A DNA stretch of 64,000 nt from Paraspadella gotoi. Its lineage: Eukaryota > Animalia > Chaetognatha. The number at the start of each line of letters is the position of its first letter. The stretch's first letter is position 1. Location: positions 1,061,601-1,125,600 of the forward strand of contig CM119267.1 in assembly GCA_051294375.1 (NCBI GenBank), in the 5' to 3' direction. Below the pieces are notes generated by a model that had not been told where the DNA came from, did no database searches, and saw only the letters and a program-made list of their open reading frames with translations. The position numbers and the translations under genes were made by a program. Positions 25,091 to 40,000 of this stretch are shown here, piece by piece.

Positions 25091-28000
25091 TCCTGCTCAT
25101 CTCTCTCAGAATGGGCAAAGAGAACAAATACGATCTCCGCTTAGCCGACCCGACGATCGGCGATGGTCACGGTGCAGATTCTGACTCTGAAGAGTCCGAC
25201 ACTGAAAGCCTCGCCGCCGCCGCCGCCGCCGGCGACGCTGACTCCGCCGCCGACGACGCCGCCCCTTCTTATTCGGGTCTCCACCCGACGGAGGCCTTGA
25301 GGACGGCCGCCTGCGCCCTTCTCCGCCAATTGGCGCTGTCGACGAGCGTCTTGGCCGACACCGTCGACCAATCTCCCTTCGACAAATTAGCGTCGCTCTT
25401 GAGGGAGATCGTCTCGAGTTCGTGGATTCCTGGTCCCGCTGTCGGCTCCGTTCTCGCCGCCACGCCTTCATCCGCCGCTCATTCTTTTCAAGCCTCGATC
25501 CACGCCGGTTCTTCGCAGCCGACGATGCCGCTCTGGCTCGCCTCTCTGCAGCACCGTGCCTGGGCGCCGCTCAATCTGGTTGCGGCGTTGGCGACGGCGC
25601 CGTCTTTGTCACGAAGGATGACGTCGTCTGCTTGGATCGATCTTCTCATGGGTCTGCTCGAGGAAGACCTCGCCGACGAAGAATCCGGCGTCGTGGGCGT
25701 CAAATCAAACGGGGTCGTTTCGGGCGCCGGAAATCGCGTCAAGAACAACGCCGAAGCCAAGAATCGGCACGCTTCCGTTCCAACGTTGATGAGACAGATC
25801 CTCGTCGTTCGAGTCATCGGCGCCGTTTTTCCCAATTGGAATCGAGGCAGCGCCGCCGCAGACGCCGCTTCCGCTGCGGCAGAGCGAAAGAGAATGAACA
25901 GCGCATTGAGTCGCCTCCTCGTGCGTCTCGGTCAGATCCTCCTCTATTGCCCCAACGATCCGGTGCTGCTCCTTGGGAATTCTAATCGAGACTCCAAGTC
26001 CTCGTCGTCCACGACGTCCAAGACTCGCGTCGTCGTCCCAACGACGGCCTCTTATTCCTCCACCCTCGCCGATGAGCTCGTCCGCGTTCTCCGTCGACTT
26101 CACTCTGTCGCCGCTTGGCGTCCGATCCTCAACGCTGTCGTCGTCAAGCAACTTCACGAACTCTCCGTCGATGTGACGGCGCTGCATCCGTTAGGCGTCG
26201 CCGGAAAGTCCATCGCCTCGCCGGATTCGACGGCGTCGTCCGCTGAGGCGCGTCTTCCCTCCAAAGATTACAGCGCCATCCTCGCCACGTTGGCGCTGTT
26301 GGGCGGCGTCGATTCGCGCGTTCATCTTGGTGAGTTTGAGGTTTAAGTTAATTTTGTTCTTTTCTTTGGAGATAAATTGTCAATAAATTTGGCCTCGTTT
26401 AACTCCTCTTTCGCATTATCCCTTTGTCTTTCCTCTTCTTTTTCCTCTTCCTCCCTATCTTATCCTTCCCCTTTCTTTCCTTCCTCCCATTCTTCCCCTT
26501 TCTTTCCTTCCTCCCATTCTTCCCCTTTCTTTCCTTCCTCCCCTTCTTCCCCTTCCTCCCATTCTTCCCCTTTCTTTCCTTCCTCCCATTCTTCCCCTTT
26601 CTTTCCTTCCTCATCATCTTCCCTTTTATTTTTTTCCTCCCCTCCTTCTCTATTTCCACTTCCTCCTTTTCTTCTTTCTCTTCTCTTTACTTCCATTCTT
26701 TCTCCTTTTCCCTTTTTTTCTCCCTCTTCCGCCCTTTTCCTACTCATCTCTTTATCCCTCTCCCTCCTCAGGCTCCCTCGTCGAGGGCGACATGGGCCGA
26801 GGCGTTGTCTGCAAGATCGCGCGCAAGGGACGCGTCACCCTTCAGTTGGCCAACGACGACGGCCTTTGCAAAGTCTCCTTCGTCTCCTGCAAACTCTCCG
26901 AGGTGAAACCGGTCGATCGTGTCCCGCTGGACACCCTCGCCTTGCCCCTCGACGACCCCGCCTTCAGAGAGAGTTGGGCCGTCCTGCTCTCCACCCTCTT
27001 GAGCGACGTCTTGCCGCGGATCAAGCTCTCCTGCTCCAAAGAAGTTCACCTCAGTTCCCTGCGGCATCAGCACATCTGGTTGGCCTTACTGCAGGCCTTT
27101 CGCTCGCTCTTCTCTTCCGCGCCCAAAGACTTTGTCGTCGCGACGATGATTTCGAGGACCAAGTTTGGCGCCGAGGAGGAAATGGCGTCGAGCGGACGCG
27201 AGGGGGCGTGGGAGGCGTTTGTTGGGCGTGGCGTCGATGATGATGACGTGAAAGGCGGTGACGGAGACGGCGTTCGATCCGAGGAAGAGACGTCGCGGAT
27301 CGCGGACGGAAGACTCGACGAAAATATCTCCGGGAAGCGACTGTCTTCGTCGTCGGAAAATAGCAAAGGTACATTGGTTATTGGAGGCGGGGAATTATCG
27401 CTGACCGCAAATGGACGATGGTGTTGGCGCTGGCCCGAGCGGCGGCGCGACGAAGCCCTCTGTATAACCTGCCACATGGATAGTCATTGACGGACGACAC
27501 AGTTGACGACGACTTCAACCATCTAAATATGGATTCACACATTCATAACGCGTACCAGTCGGCTTATAGAATATAACGCTCACTCACTCTGCACAATCAA
27601 TTCCATTACTGTTAAAATATTTAGCGATTAAACTTTTTTTTTCACAGGCTGCAAATTTCGCAAGCTAAGTAATCTGTTATCTAGGACCAGTCACTCCCTT
27701 AAACATTATTACTGAAATATGCAAATGAGAATAAAAATTTTGGAAAGTTTTCTTATCGTCCTAAATATTCTCGTTCCCAGGAGGCGACAGTCAACGACTT
27801 CGGGATTTCGTCTCCACCACCGAAGACGAACGCAGCGTCAGCAGCCCAGAGGGCGACGTCGCCGAATCCTACAGCTCCGCCGCGTCGACGCCTGGCTGCG
27901 TCTCCATCGTCCAGCAGCTGCTCTCTCTGGCGACTCAGGCTTCGCCCGTCAAAGCTATTTTCGGCCTCGAGGAGCTGGAGACGAGCGCCGTCGCCGTCGT

Positions 28001-31000
28001 ACAGCATCTCGTTACCGAAGCTTCGCTGCAGCTAAAAGCAGAGACGATGGACGAAGAAAACACGAGGCTGCAGCGCGAGCAGCAGCAGCAGCATGCTAGG
28101 GCGGGCGGAGATGCGGATTGGTCGACGAGCCTGCCGCAGCCGGCCGAGAACCAATCACACGCCAAGGCTCCGACGCATCTTACGCTAGAAGTCGCGCCCC
28201 TCGTCGGCGTCGCGGACAGCGATGAAGTCAACTCCGGCGCCAAAGTGAAGTCGCGATTAGACAAAAGCGGCGCTGGGCGCGATTCATCCGGCACCGAGCG
28301 AGATTTATCCGACGCCGGTCGAGATTCGACCCTCAAAACCAAAGACTCGGCGCCGCGATCATCCAAGGAACTTCTGCGATCGGCGCGGCTTCGTTCCCTT
28401 CGACGTCGAAGCGGCGACTCTGCCGTTGGCGCCGCCGACGCCGCTCCATCCACGGCGTCCCTCCTTCCCCCGGAGGCCGTGTCGCAGATGATAGAGATGG
28501 GGTTCTCCCGACGGAGCGCCGAGATCGCCTTCAAGGCTCTGCGTTCGACGACGGCGTCGACAGATTGCGAGGCGCTCGTCGGTTGGCTCCTCGAGCATCA
28601 AGATGTGGCGCTAGCCGATTGGGCGTCGGAGGAAGAAGAGGAAGAATCCGACTCGGCGTCGTCGATGGGCGCCGCAGGAGCAGCAGCCCCCGCTGCAGCG
28701 GGCGCCGCCGCCTTCGAAGAGTCGGATTCAATCACGGGAGATTCATTCGACGATCTTGAAGACGCGTTCCAGGAATCCCTTTCCGCAGAAGTCGCGCCTT
28801 TTAAGAAGAGGACAGAGTTCGCCGTCGACGATGATTATGCGGCTTACGTTAGGGATCATTTGAGGGTGAGATGAGAGAGACAAAGAGAAAGAGAGAAAAG
28901 GGAAAGAGAGAGAGAGAGAGAGAGAAAAGAAAGAAAGAGAAAAGAGGTTGGTGAAAGAGAGATAGAAGAGAGAAAGAAAGATAGAAAGCGCGCGTTATGA
29001 ACTTAACAAGTTTTGATTCTCATCATTTTCTCCCCCCCCCACATTCTCCTCCCCCCCCTTCAAAAGGAGGGAATGATGGTGAGGTGTTGTCGAACCTTTG
29101 AGGAAGTGGAGGAGGGCGACGTCGGTCGCGTCATTAAGATTGATCACGATGGACTCAACGAGCTCAACGTTCAAGCTGATTGGGAGCGCAAGTCCGGCCC
29201 TTACTGGCTCCGCTACGGTCACGTCGAGATTCTCGGCTTCGATCATCCGGCGTCCCGAACCGGCGTCGTCGGCGCCGCCGCCGCGCCGGGATCCAAGGTG
29301 CCGACGGGCGGCGCCTCCGCCACGACGACGTCCTCTTCGATCCGCGTGGGCGACCGAGTTCGAGTCAAAGATGCCGTCAAGATACCCAAGTACAAATGGG
29401 GATCGGTGAGCCACGCCTCCGTAGGGGTCGTCAAAGCCATAAGCCCCAACGGTCAAGATCTCACCGTCGATTTTCCGCAGGTCTCTTGGGGGGATGAATT
29501 AATGATTGAATGATTGAATGAATGAATGAATGAATGAATGAATGAATGAATGAAATTGTTAAATAATTAATGAGGGATTGACGGAATGGATAAGTAAAAA
29601 AAGTATTAAAGAAAAGGAGGATGTTATGATTGATTGAGCTGGAATTATCGTTTAGGGTCTTGTCGTTGTGTAAGAGATGATTATTTTATATGATCAATCT
29701 CATTTACATATTGTAGTATTAAATCTAAATGCGTCTATTTTCATTTTGGATTTCAATATTAATTCTGTTTTTTGGTTTTTCAGTATCTAAATATAGTTGT
29801 TGTCACTTTACAAATAATATTTATCTTTTTCCTTTAATCTTCCTCGTCCCCCTTCTATAAAAATAGCAATCCCACTGGACTGGACTCTTGGACGAGATGG
29901 AACTTCTGCCCGCGTCTCATCCAAGAGTCAAGTGTGACGGATGCTCGATGTATCCAGTTTCTGGTCCGCGATTCAAATGCAAAATCTGCGACGACTTCGA
30001 CTATTGCGAGCCCTGCTTCCAGGCTAAACCCTCGCACCGCCATCCCTTCGTCCGGATTGCCGAGCCCGACGCCGCCCCCGTCTACGTGGGCCGGCCCGGC
30101 AAGCGGAGGGCCGCGCCGGCCGGGCAGGGAAGGAGGAGGGACAGTCTTGGGTCCGAGACGCGAGAAGGAGAAGGCCGTTTGTTGGAGGTGAGAGAGAGAG
30201 AGAGAGTGTGTGTGTGAAAGAAATTTGACAGAAAATATAATAAGGTTAATTCCAGCCTATTTTATTCTTTTAACACACCCAACATTTTATCTTCGCCTTT
30301 GAGTTGACATAGGATCATCATTGTCCACCCTCTGTTATCTTAGTTATCATATCTCTGTCAATATCTCCGTCTCTTGGGCCATCATTGTCCACCCCCTTTC
30401 TTTCTCTCTCTTTTATCTTCTTTCTCTCTCTCTATTTCATTTTCTTATTCATCTTCCTCCATTTCTCTCTGTCATTATCTCCCTCCCTCTCTCTCTGTCA
30501 TCTCCCTCCCTCTCTCTCTGTCATCTCCCTCTCTCTATCATTTCCCTCCCTCCCTCTCTGTCATTTCCCTCCCTCCCTCTCTGTCATCTCCCTCCCTCCC
30601 TCTCTGTCATCATCTTCCTCCCTCCCTCTCTCTCTCTCTCTGCTTCCCTTTCCACTTTAACCTTTCCTCCCTCTACTCCATCTCGTTTCCAGAAATGGCA
30701 CAACTGCGTCAAGACGATCAGCGTCTCCTCGCGCGAGGCGACCGTCTCGCGTCTCTACGACGGCTGCGGTGGATATTGGCAGAGTTCCGGGAGTCAGGGA
30801 AAGCACTGGATCCGACTGGAGATGCAGCCCGACATCCTCGTCTGCCTCTTGAAGATGAGGGTCGATCCCGTCGACTCGTCTTACATGCCGTCGGTGGTGC
30901 AGGTTAGGAGAGAGAGAGAGGGAGAGAGTGAGTTTTAAAAAAATTAACTTGTTTTCTTCATCAGATTAGCGGAGGTCAGACTTTGGAGTCTTTTCAAACT

Positions 31001-34000
31001 TTGGCAAATGTCCAGATCTCTCCCTTCGATTCTGATATCATTTTACTCCATGGTAAAAAAAAAATATGCCTTTTGTTTTTCCCTCTTGAGTTTTAACTAC
31101 GAATCCCCATTTTTCTTGTCGCAGACCAACTGACTTATTACAAATACGTTGAAATCTCCATCAAGGAATGTCGCGCCAACGGAATCGACTGTAAGATTCA
31201 TGGACTCTCGATTCTAGGACGAAACAGGTCGGTCGGCCCTTCATTCTCAATTTCTATTTAATAGAATCTTCTAATGAACTGTGTAATTTTAAAGTTCCCT
31301 TTTTTCTTTTCATCTCAATTTTTTTTCAATTATTTTTTTTTCTTTTCTTTTCTTTTCAATTTTCTTCCTTTTTTTTCTTTTCCTTTCCTTTTCTTTCTCT
31401 TCCTCTTTATTTTCTATTTATTTCTTTATTTTCCTTTCCTTTTTTTTCCCTTTCTTTTCCTTTATATTCCTTTCTTTTCCTTTTTTTCTTTCTTTTCCTT
31501 TTTTTCTTTCTTTTCCTTTTATTTCCCATTCTTTTCTCTTTTTATTTTCTTGACTTAAATCTCCCTCCTTCCTCCTAGACGCGACGTTATCGACTTTGCT
31601 GCGTCCTTCGGTTACCTGGCAACGGAGGCGGAAGCGGACGCCGATCTTCCCGAAGCGTCCGTCCGCGGCGCGGCCAGCACGCCCCCGTCTTACCCCGGGA
31701 AACCAGCGACAGTCGTTTTCACTTGGGGCCTCAACGACAAAGACCAACTGGGCGGCGCCAAAGGATCAAAGATCAAGACGCCAACTTTGTCCGATCCTTT
31801 GTCCAAACTGAATGTGGCGCAAGTTGCAGGTGGGGAGTGGGGGGGAAATGAATGGGGAAAATTATTAATAGATTATTGTTACTTGTCAACGAAATTAACT
31901 AAACCTTTTCCATTTTGTTTCAATTTTGCTTCCTCTTTACTTTTCCTTTTGTTTCCATTTCTCTTTTGTTTCCCTTTTGTTACTCTTTTTGTTCTCCCCC
32001 AGGCGGCAGCAAGAGCCTCTTCACCGTGACCCAAGAGGGCAAGCTCTACGCTTGCGGCGAAGGCACGGGCGGACGCCTCGGCCTCGGCCATTGCAGCAAC
32101 GTGAGCCTGCCCCGCCTCGTGGCGTCGCTCAATCAGTTCGTCGTCAAGAAAGTCGCCGTCCACTCGGGAGGTCGACACACGATGGCGCTCACCGTCGACG
32201 GGAAGGTCTTCTCGTGGGGCGAAGGCGACGACGGGAAGTTGGGTGAGTTGGGAGTGAAATTCCTCAATCTCATTTGTATGTTGTAGTGGAACAGATGGTT
32301 TTTTAGTATATTACTTGAGTTTATCAAATCTCATTTAGTAGTGTGATTTTTTTTTTTTTTTTTTTTTCTGAAAAGAAAACAGAGCAAACAAATAATTGCG
32401 GGAATGGTTGCAAAAATATCTTATGTCAACAATAAACGAGAACAAATAAGGGGAAGATAAAAATGAAAAGAAGAAGAGATCGGGAGACAAAGTCAAGCAA
32501 CTCCGTCCACATGAGACGGCAACTCAATCACGGGACTTCGGGAAGCGAGCAGGTCCCCGTTCTCGCGCTGAAGGCAGACAGAAAGTCTCTCAAAAAAGTG
32601 CTTAGACGTTTTGCCGATATCTAAGCCTGCATTCGTTGCTTGGAGTTTGGCGAAATCTTTTAAGTTTGAGAAAGCATCCAGGTCCCATGCCCCGAAGGTA
32701 GTAACAACCAGAGGGATGAAGCCAACGTCGGCCGGCAGTTTGCCTTCGTACTTAGCATGTTTGGCCTGGCGAGCTCGTTCCAGGGCATAGGTGGGGTTGA
32801 GGATGGTATGACCAAAACAGTCCTGGCGAAGGGGAGAGGTGACAGTAACATCAAAGGCTGTGGTGGTCTTGTTCCGACATCTTTTCCAACCACGGATTGT
32901 GAAATCCCCAGGTCTAGAGGCATCATCCGCCAGGTTCCTTTCTTCTTTGGTGGGCGCAAGTAGGGCTGCTGAAGCAGTCGAGACAATGGCATCCCGAAGG
33001 AGGTTATGACGGCGAATTTTGTCTCCAGTAGAGGAGCAAGCTGAAATGGCATGGTCTCCATAGATGTCGGAAGGTCTGTCACAGGATAAGCAGGGACCAG
33101 GAGCTGGAAAGATGGAAGCCCCAAACGGTATTTGACAGCCATGATGAAAGATTTGGGAGGTAGGCGCAAGCCAAGGGCAGGAGAAGGGATGACATTGAGG
33201 AAGTCTCCAGTTCTGGACAGGCAGACGGATTGGAGGACGGCTCGAAAACGCTCATCCAGGACCTTTGACTTGAGGTTTTTCAGCCTAGCTTCGTCCACAC
33301 GTCGGGAAAGGTATTTTTGGGTGATTGAGGCATCAAGCTGAGCAGGTGGAGGAGAGGAGGCTCCGGCGGAAAGGTTGGATAGGAGCTCTAAGGCCTGAGT
33401 GTGGTCTCGCTGACAGGTGAGGGTGAAACCAGTCGATCTACGAGTGACTTGGTCTGCAAGATGGAGGAGACAAAGGCCGGAGCGCTGTGGGCATGGGCGC
33501 TGCGTATTCCCAAGCCGCCCAGGGAGACGGGTAAGGAAGAAAGGTCCCATTGAGGATCTGAGAGTGAGAACGAGCATCCAAGGATGGAAGCGAGAGAGGA
33601 GCATTGGGATTCATCAAAAAGAATGGCTAGGTTGGAGCTAAGGTGAGGAGCTACAGTTCTTAGGGTGTAAGAAAACTTTGGTGTTCCGAAACAGCTGCGA
33701 AGCAGGGCATAAGCAACTTGGGGGTCACCCAAGGATTCAAGGTTGGACAAAAAGCCCGAGAGTTTTAGAATGAGTTTTAGAATGTGATTAGTGTCATTGG
33801 TTTATGTTCTGTTTCAGAATTTGTGCTATTTTGGATTTTACTTTGATTTTCTATATTGTTCGAGTCGAAACAATTCATTGATAACCCAGTGATGTTTTGT
33901 TGCGGTGGCGGCCGGTCTGGTCACCCCCCAATGCTGGGTTGCTTGGCCTGAGGACTGGAGTCTGTCCTCATAACGATGATCTCTTCATTGAAAAGCTTAA

Positions 34001-37000
34001 TGAAGGATTTTGACAGTTTCTCCGCGAGTCTTTCCAGCATGGATTTCGTTGTCATCCTTCGCGCTGGAGATTGGTCTGGCCTTCAACTTGAGGGACATAG
34101 CTTGGGGGCCCCTCTGGGACCTTCTGCATTCCCGGATAAGGGAGAGAGCCGGATTGGGATTTGCAGGGCTTCTATTGGTCAAGGCCAGTCACATAACAGC
34201 TTTCGCCAGGATTTTCTTTTTTTCTTTTTTCGGTGTTATTTTGTTCTTTTTTCTGACTCTGATAAACGCGCGATTTATCGACTACCGCGAACAAAAGGGA
34301 ATTTCGTGGCGAGGCGGACCAATATAGAATCAATATTCCGTAAAGGAATTAAAAATTTAAATGAATTAGGGTTTATTTCAAACTGGCTGACCTTATCGTA
34401 ATCCATAAATGTATTGTTCAAAAGTGAAGGCATTCCTTTAAAGAATCTGTATGTATTCTATTCAGAATTTAAGATAATCACACGAATACCCAATTACCCA
34501 TTTATTATTCCACAGGCCACGGGAATAGGTCAACCTTCGACAAGCCCCGCCTCATTGAGTCACTCAAATCAAAACGAGTGAGAGACGTCGCCTGCGGTTC
34601 CTCCCACTCGGCCGCCCTCACGTCCAGCGGGGAACTCTACACCTGGGGACTGGGCGAGTACGGCCGGCTGGGTCACGGCGACAACACCACTCATCTTAAG
34701 CCCAAGCTGGTCAAGGCTTTGGCTGGTCGGAGGATAGTTCAGGTCGGGCTGAGAAGGGGCATGGGGAAACTGTGAGCCGTCGCTGAATTTTGATCTTCCC
34801 ACCAGGTGGCGTGCGGGAGTCGCGACGCCCAGACGATGGCGCTCACCGACGACGCCATGGTCTTCAGTTGGGGCGATGGGGATTTCGGCAAATTGGGCCG
34901 CGGCGGGAGCGAAGGCTGCGCGTCGCCGCAAAACGTGGAGGCGCTCAATGGACTCAAAGTTTGTCAGATTGAATGCGGCGCACAATTCTCTTTGGCGTTG
35001 ACTCGCGACGCCGGACAAGTCTGGACTTGGGGAAAGGGAGACTACTTCCGGTTGGGTCATGGCGCCGATGCTCACGTCCGTTTGCCGCAGTTGGTTGAGG
35101 GTAAGTTTAGTGAGGACGAAATGTGGCCTTGGAGGCGACAATCGCTAGAAAAACTTTTTTCCGACTTCTTTTCCTTTATTTTTTATATTTTCCCTATTTC
35201 CAACCTTCCACGTTATTGCCTCTTTTTCCATCTTTCATTTCCATTCTTTCAACATGTTATTCCCTGTTTTTCCATCTTTCATTTCCCCTCTTTTCATCCT
35301 TCTCACTAATATTCCTAATCTTCTCCCTCTTCCACAAAACTTAATCAGGGTTGTCCGGGAAGAAAATTGTTCACGTGGCCGTGGGGGCGTTGCATTGTCT
35401 GGCGGTGACGGACAAGGGAGAGGTTTGGGCGTGGGGAGACAACGATCACGGGCAGCAGGGTAACGGGTCCACGGCCGTCAACCGGAAACCCTCGTTGGTT
35501 ACAGGACTAGAAGGATATCGAATCGCGCGAGTGGCTTGCGGGTCGTCTCACTCCATAGCTTGGACGGTGAGTGGGAAGCGTGGAGAGAGAAAGAGAGGGA
35601 GAGAGAGAGAGATTTGCATTGTATTCTCCTGGGAATATATGTAACGGATCCACTAAAGAGAGAGCGGGAGAGGTGGGAGACAGTCGCTGAGATGGACGCC
35701 CCCTTTTCCCTCCCCCCATGATGAGGATGAGCGCAAACCGCGACAAGAGAGAGAGAGGAAGAGAGATGGAAAGACAAAGGAAGGATAAGGTATAATATAC
35801 CTTATCCTTCCTTTGTCTTTCCATCTCTCTTCCTCTAAGGTATATAAGGTATATGAGCCGAGGTGAAGAGATGCACAAAATAAATTTTGAACAGGAGGAT
35901 AAAGGGAATGAAAAAAGATGGAAAAAAACTTCTCATAAATAGTCTTCCTCTTCCCCTCAGATCAACGATTCCCTCGGAGTCGTCAAAAAGTTAGACCCCG
36001 TCTCTTTCTCCGTGTCCCGCGATCCGCTGGGCGCCTCGGCGCTCGGCGTCGTCGACCCGACTCTCTTGGAGGAGATCGCGTCGGCACCCGCGTCGGCGCC
36101 TCCCTCGTCGTCTTCTGCCTTGCCGACGCTGCCGGAAATGTCCGTGGCCGGACCGACTTATCTGCCGGGCGGACCCAACTTCCCCAACGCCATGTCCGCC
36201 TTGACTCCGCCTCCGATGGCGGCCTTCTTCGGTCCCGCGACGACGGGTTTCATTCTCTCCGCGATGGCGCCGTCGATGAGGTCTGGGGAAAGGGGGGGGC
36301 AGAAGGGGGGCGGGACTGAGGCTTGGCGTTATAAGTTAATAGATGTTATTAATCCTATTGTTTATGCTGATGTTTATTTAATTTTCTGTTAGAAAAATCC
36401 GCACTACATTACACTACAAAAAAGGCACTACATTGTTGCTTTTCTTTATCACTTATAGTGTAAAGACTTTCGATTCGTTTCGTTTGAAATTAAGAGTTTA
36501 TATTCGTTTACAAACAACGAGTTTTATTGTATAATAAAACTTGTTTGTAAACAAAAACAATCTTTTTTTCCCTCCTAATTCATTTATTATTTTAAAGATA
36601 TATTTATTTCTTCCTCTGTAATGAATCTCACCCTCCTGTCCTCCTCCACAGACCCCTTCCACACCCCGCCTTCGCCCCTCTTCCCATCCGCCCTTCTCTC
36701 TCCAAAATTCTTCTCTCACTCGATTCCATACACGGACGTCAAGTGGCGCTGAATCACGTCATCTTCGCTCTCTCCGTTAATCTCGCGCGTCTCGCTCTCG
36801 TTCGCGTCTTCTCCTTTCTTCGTCTCGGACCGGCGCCGGCGGCGTCGTGCGAGCGGCGCTCCTCGACATCGAGAGACGACTCCGGCGGTGCCCCGCCTGG
36901 GTCGTCGGAGGAGGAAGCCGGCGCCGCGTTGGCGAAGATGGGCGGCGAGACGACGCCGCTGCTGCAAGGGTGGGGAGCGAAGAGCGCGACATCATTGCGA

Positions 37001-40000
37001 AGTTCGGATTCCCTACCCAGGTAAAAGTCGAATACTTTTTTCTTCATTTTTATTTAATTGTTTTTCTTTTATTTTTTCTTTAATTTAATTAATTTAAATT
37101 GAACTAAGGATGAATCCTATGACCGCGAGCGTGATCGCGGCGACGTTAACGACTCCCGATGACGTCGCCCGTTCCTCCGACTTTCTCGACGCCGGCGCCA
37201 CTATTTCCTTCGTCTCGGCGCCGGACGCGACGCCGGTTCGCACCGGCGTCGACGACGGATCCGCGGAGGCGCTCGTCGCCCAATTGACGCCCAACGACGC
37301 GAGGGTGATCGTGGATCTTTTGAAGTTGGCCGTCGCCGGAAGAGTGGGATCCTCCGCGCAGGGCATCTTGTCCACCGCTTTGGCCGCCATCGGTGGGTGA
37401 GGGGAAGAGGGGGAGGATGAGGAAGAGGGGGAGGGTGAGTCTTCCTTTTATTTCTTCACGATTTTCATTCTCATTTTTTTTTTTTTTTTTTTTTTTTGAA
37501 AAAAGGCGGACGCAAGAAGTCAGTGGCTGACATGTTGATCGAACACTGCATCACCGAACTCGAAGACGTCGCCTCCGACTTTGAGTCTGGCGGAGATCCC
37601 ACGCTTCGAATCGCCCACGGTGCGTCTCTCTACCCGGTCACGCAAGAGAGCATCCATCCCTACACCTCGGCGGCGACTCAGAGCGGGAAAGTCAAGATTC
37701 CAGGTGAGGAAAACATTTTTAAGACTAGGTTATGGCAACAGTTTTCTCATAAAAGATATTATACCATTTTGATTGGAAAGCCGTGTGCTCTGGCAGTTAA
37801 TTGATTGACAGCTTACAGATTGTGGCTAATGGCTATGTTTTTATCTTGTAAGAGGGGTGGAGGACTTATACCACCATAGCCCGAGGAGGCAAGATAGCTT
37901 GTTTGTTGAATGAATTTTATGTTTTACATCAATTTTATTTTTGTTGTACCAATTTCATGAGTACATGTGGGATAAAATTAGAATAAAGGTGGGTGGTGTT
38001 TCTTGAGGTTGTCGACTTTTGAGGAGAGAGTCTTCCGAGGACCATCTACGTCTGTTGATCAATGTTAAGCCACCTTAAAGTAGAGACAGGTCCGTGATTT
38101 GTCACAGTTCTGCAAATTAGGTAGATTGTATGGCTATAATGAGTATTATATTAATGACGTCAACCTTATTCTTTTCGAATCAGGGGCTGAGGCGTTGAAG
38201 ATCGTCTTCGATCCTCGATGCTCGACTGAGCGACGTCAGGACGCGTTGACTATCATGGACGGAAAGGGAAGAACAGTCGCCGTTCGATCCGGCAAAGAAT
38301 TTTCAGATTGGAGTTCCGAGGTGAAAAATTACTTTCATGATTATTTTTATTACGATAATTAAATTAATAATTAATTGTACCACAAACAAACAAGACCACC
38401 GAATATGATATGTATAATACGACAATATGCAAATGAGATTAATAAACTTTATATCTTTTGTAGCGAATCACCTATTACTATATTTTATTTATCTTGCATC
38501 TTGTGTCTTCCCTTATATATGCTCTCCCTCCTCTTTAGCTCCGTGTGTTGGGCGACGAAATCCGTTGGACGTTCTCCTGCGATTCATCGTTCCAAGGATG
38601 GGGTTGGTCCTTCACCGCTTATCCCGTCACCTCCTCTTTCTCTTCTCCCTCTGATCTTCTCAACGATCGAAATGTTCTTTCTCGTCCATCGATCGATCTG
38701 GTCACGTGCCTCCTCGGCGCTATATTTTCCTTCGCCAAAAACGCCCCGACTTTTTCTCTTCGTCTCGCCGCCGCGTTGGCCTCTTGCTCTCAGTTGGGGG
38801 CGTTGTCGCCTTCGGACCGGATGTGGGCGTTGCGACGCTTGCGCAATCTCGTCAACACGACGGACGACGTCATGTCGGCGCTGAGGGATTGCACGGCGCC
38901 CCCGTACTCCACCGTCGCCGCCTCGCACGCCGCTGCCGCAGCCGCCACCGCTCCCCCACTCAACCCCGCCATCCTTTACTCCCCGTCGACGTCGCCGTAT
39001 GCGCCGCCATCCTACGAATCTGTCGTACCGCTCGTTCGTTCGCCGGCGCTGCCCGTCACGCCCGCCTCCGGTCTGACGGCGCTGGTGCAGTCCCTGCCGG
39101 AAATGCTGCTGCGTCAATTCGAGTACGAGGACCCAATTGTCAGGGGAGGGAAACATCTGCTGCACAGTCCCTTCTTCAAGGTCAGACTCGCTGTTTTCTT
39201 CTTAACCTTTTTCTTATTTTATTTTCTTCTTCTTCATCTCTTTTCTTTGCCTCATATAATCTTTGTTTTCTTCATCCTTTTTTCTCCTTTTCTTTTTTAT
39301 CTCTTTTCTCTTTCATCATTCTCTCGTCCGTTATTTTTCCTCCAAAGGTCCTCGTGGCTTTGGCCTGCGACCTTCAGCTCGACACGCTCTCACTCTGCAC
39401 GCCGGCGGAGACGGCGCACAAGTGGGCCTGGTTCAGGCGCTACTGCATGGCGCATCGCGTGGCGACGGCGCTGGAGAAGCGCCACGTCTTTCCGCAGGGA
39501 TTCCTAATTGACGTGAAGAGAAAGATTCAGGAGATTCAAGGTAAGGTCCCTTATCCTTAGACTTAATCTTATCCATAGTTGCGATTGATTTTCCAGTCTG
39601 GTGTTGATTCGTCCCTTTGTCAGTTTATACATTAATCTATCCAGAGGAGGAATTAGCTTGCCGTCCCATTCTCCCCTTGCTCTTCCTCTTTTTTCATCTT
39701 CTCGTTTCTACTCTTCGCCAAATATAGGATTTTTCCTCTTTCATCAAGCCTTCAATAGACCTCAGGCTATCCTATTTCCGATTTGAATGAGCAATTGCTA
39801 TTTATTTATTTATTTATTTATCATTTTATTTATTTAATACTTAGCTTTTATCACTAAATTGTGCCGTTCTATGATTCAGGCGTTGGGTTTCTTCCTCCAC
39901 AAGTCGATGCTTCCAAATCTCTGCGTCAAACGCACGAAAGCAACGAGGTCTTCAAGAAGGAACACGACGAGCAACTTCTGCTTTGGCTCAACCGTCGCCC

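Noticed and set aside
24698-25109. Long F/S/P/L-rich or K/R/E/G-rich ORFs (also 26330-26771, 30321-30692, 31274-31558, 40095-40316, 59314-59540)
   Set aside because: Low-complexity pyrimidine or purine tracts in introns or UTR that lack stop codons by composition.
25141-28731. Antisense ORFs overlapping GC-rich HERC2 exons
   Set aside because: Shadow ORFs from codon bias, with no recognisable motifs or splice support.
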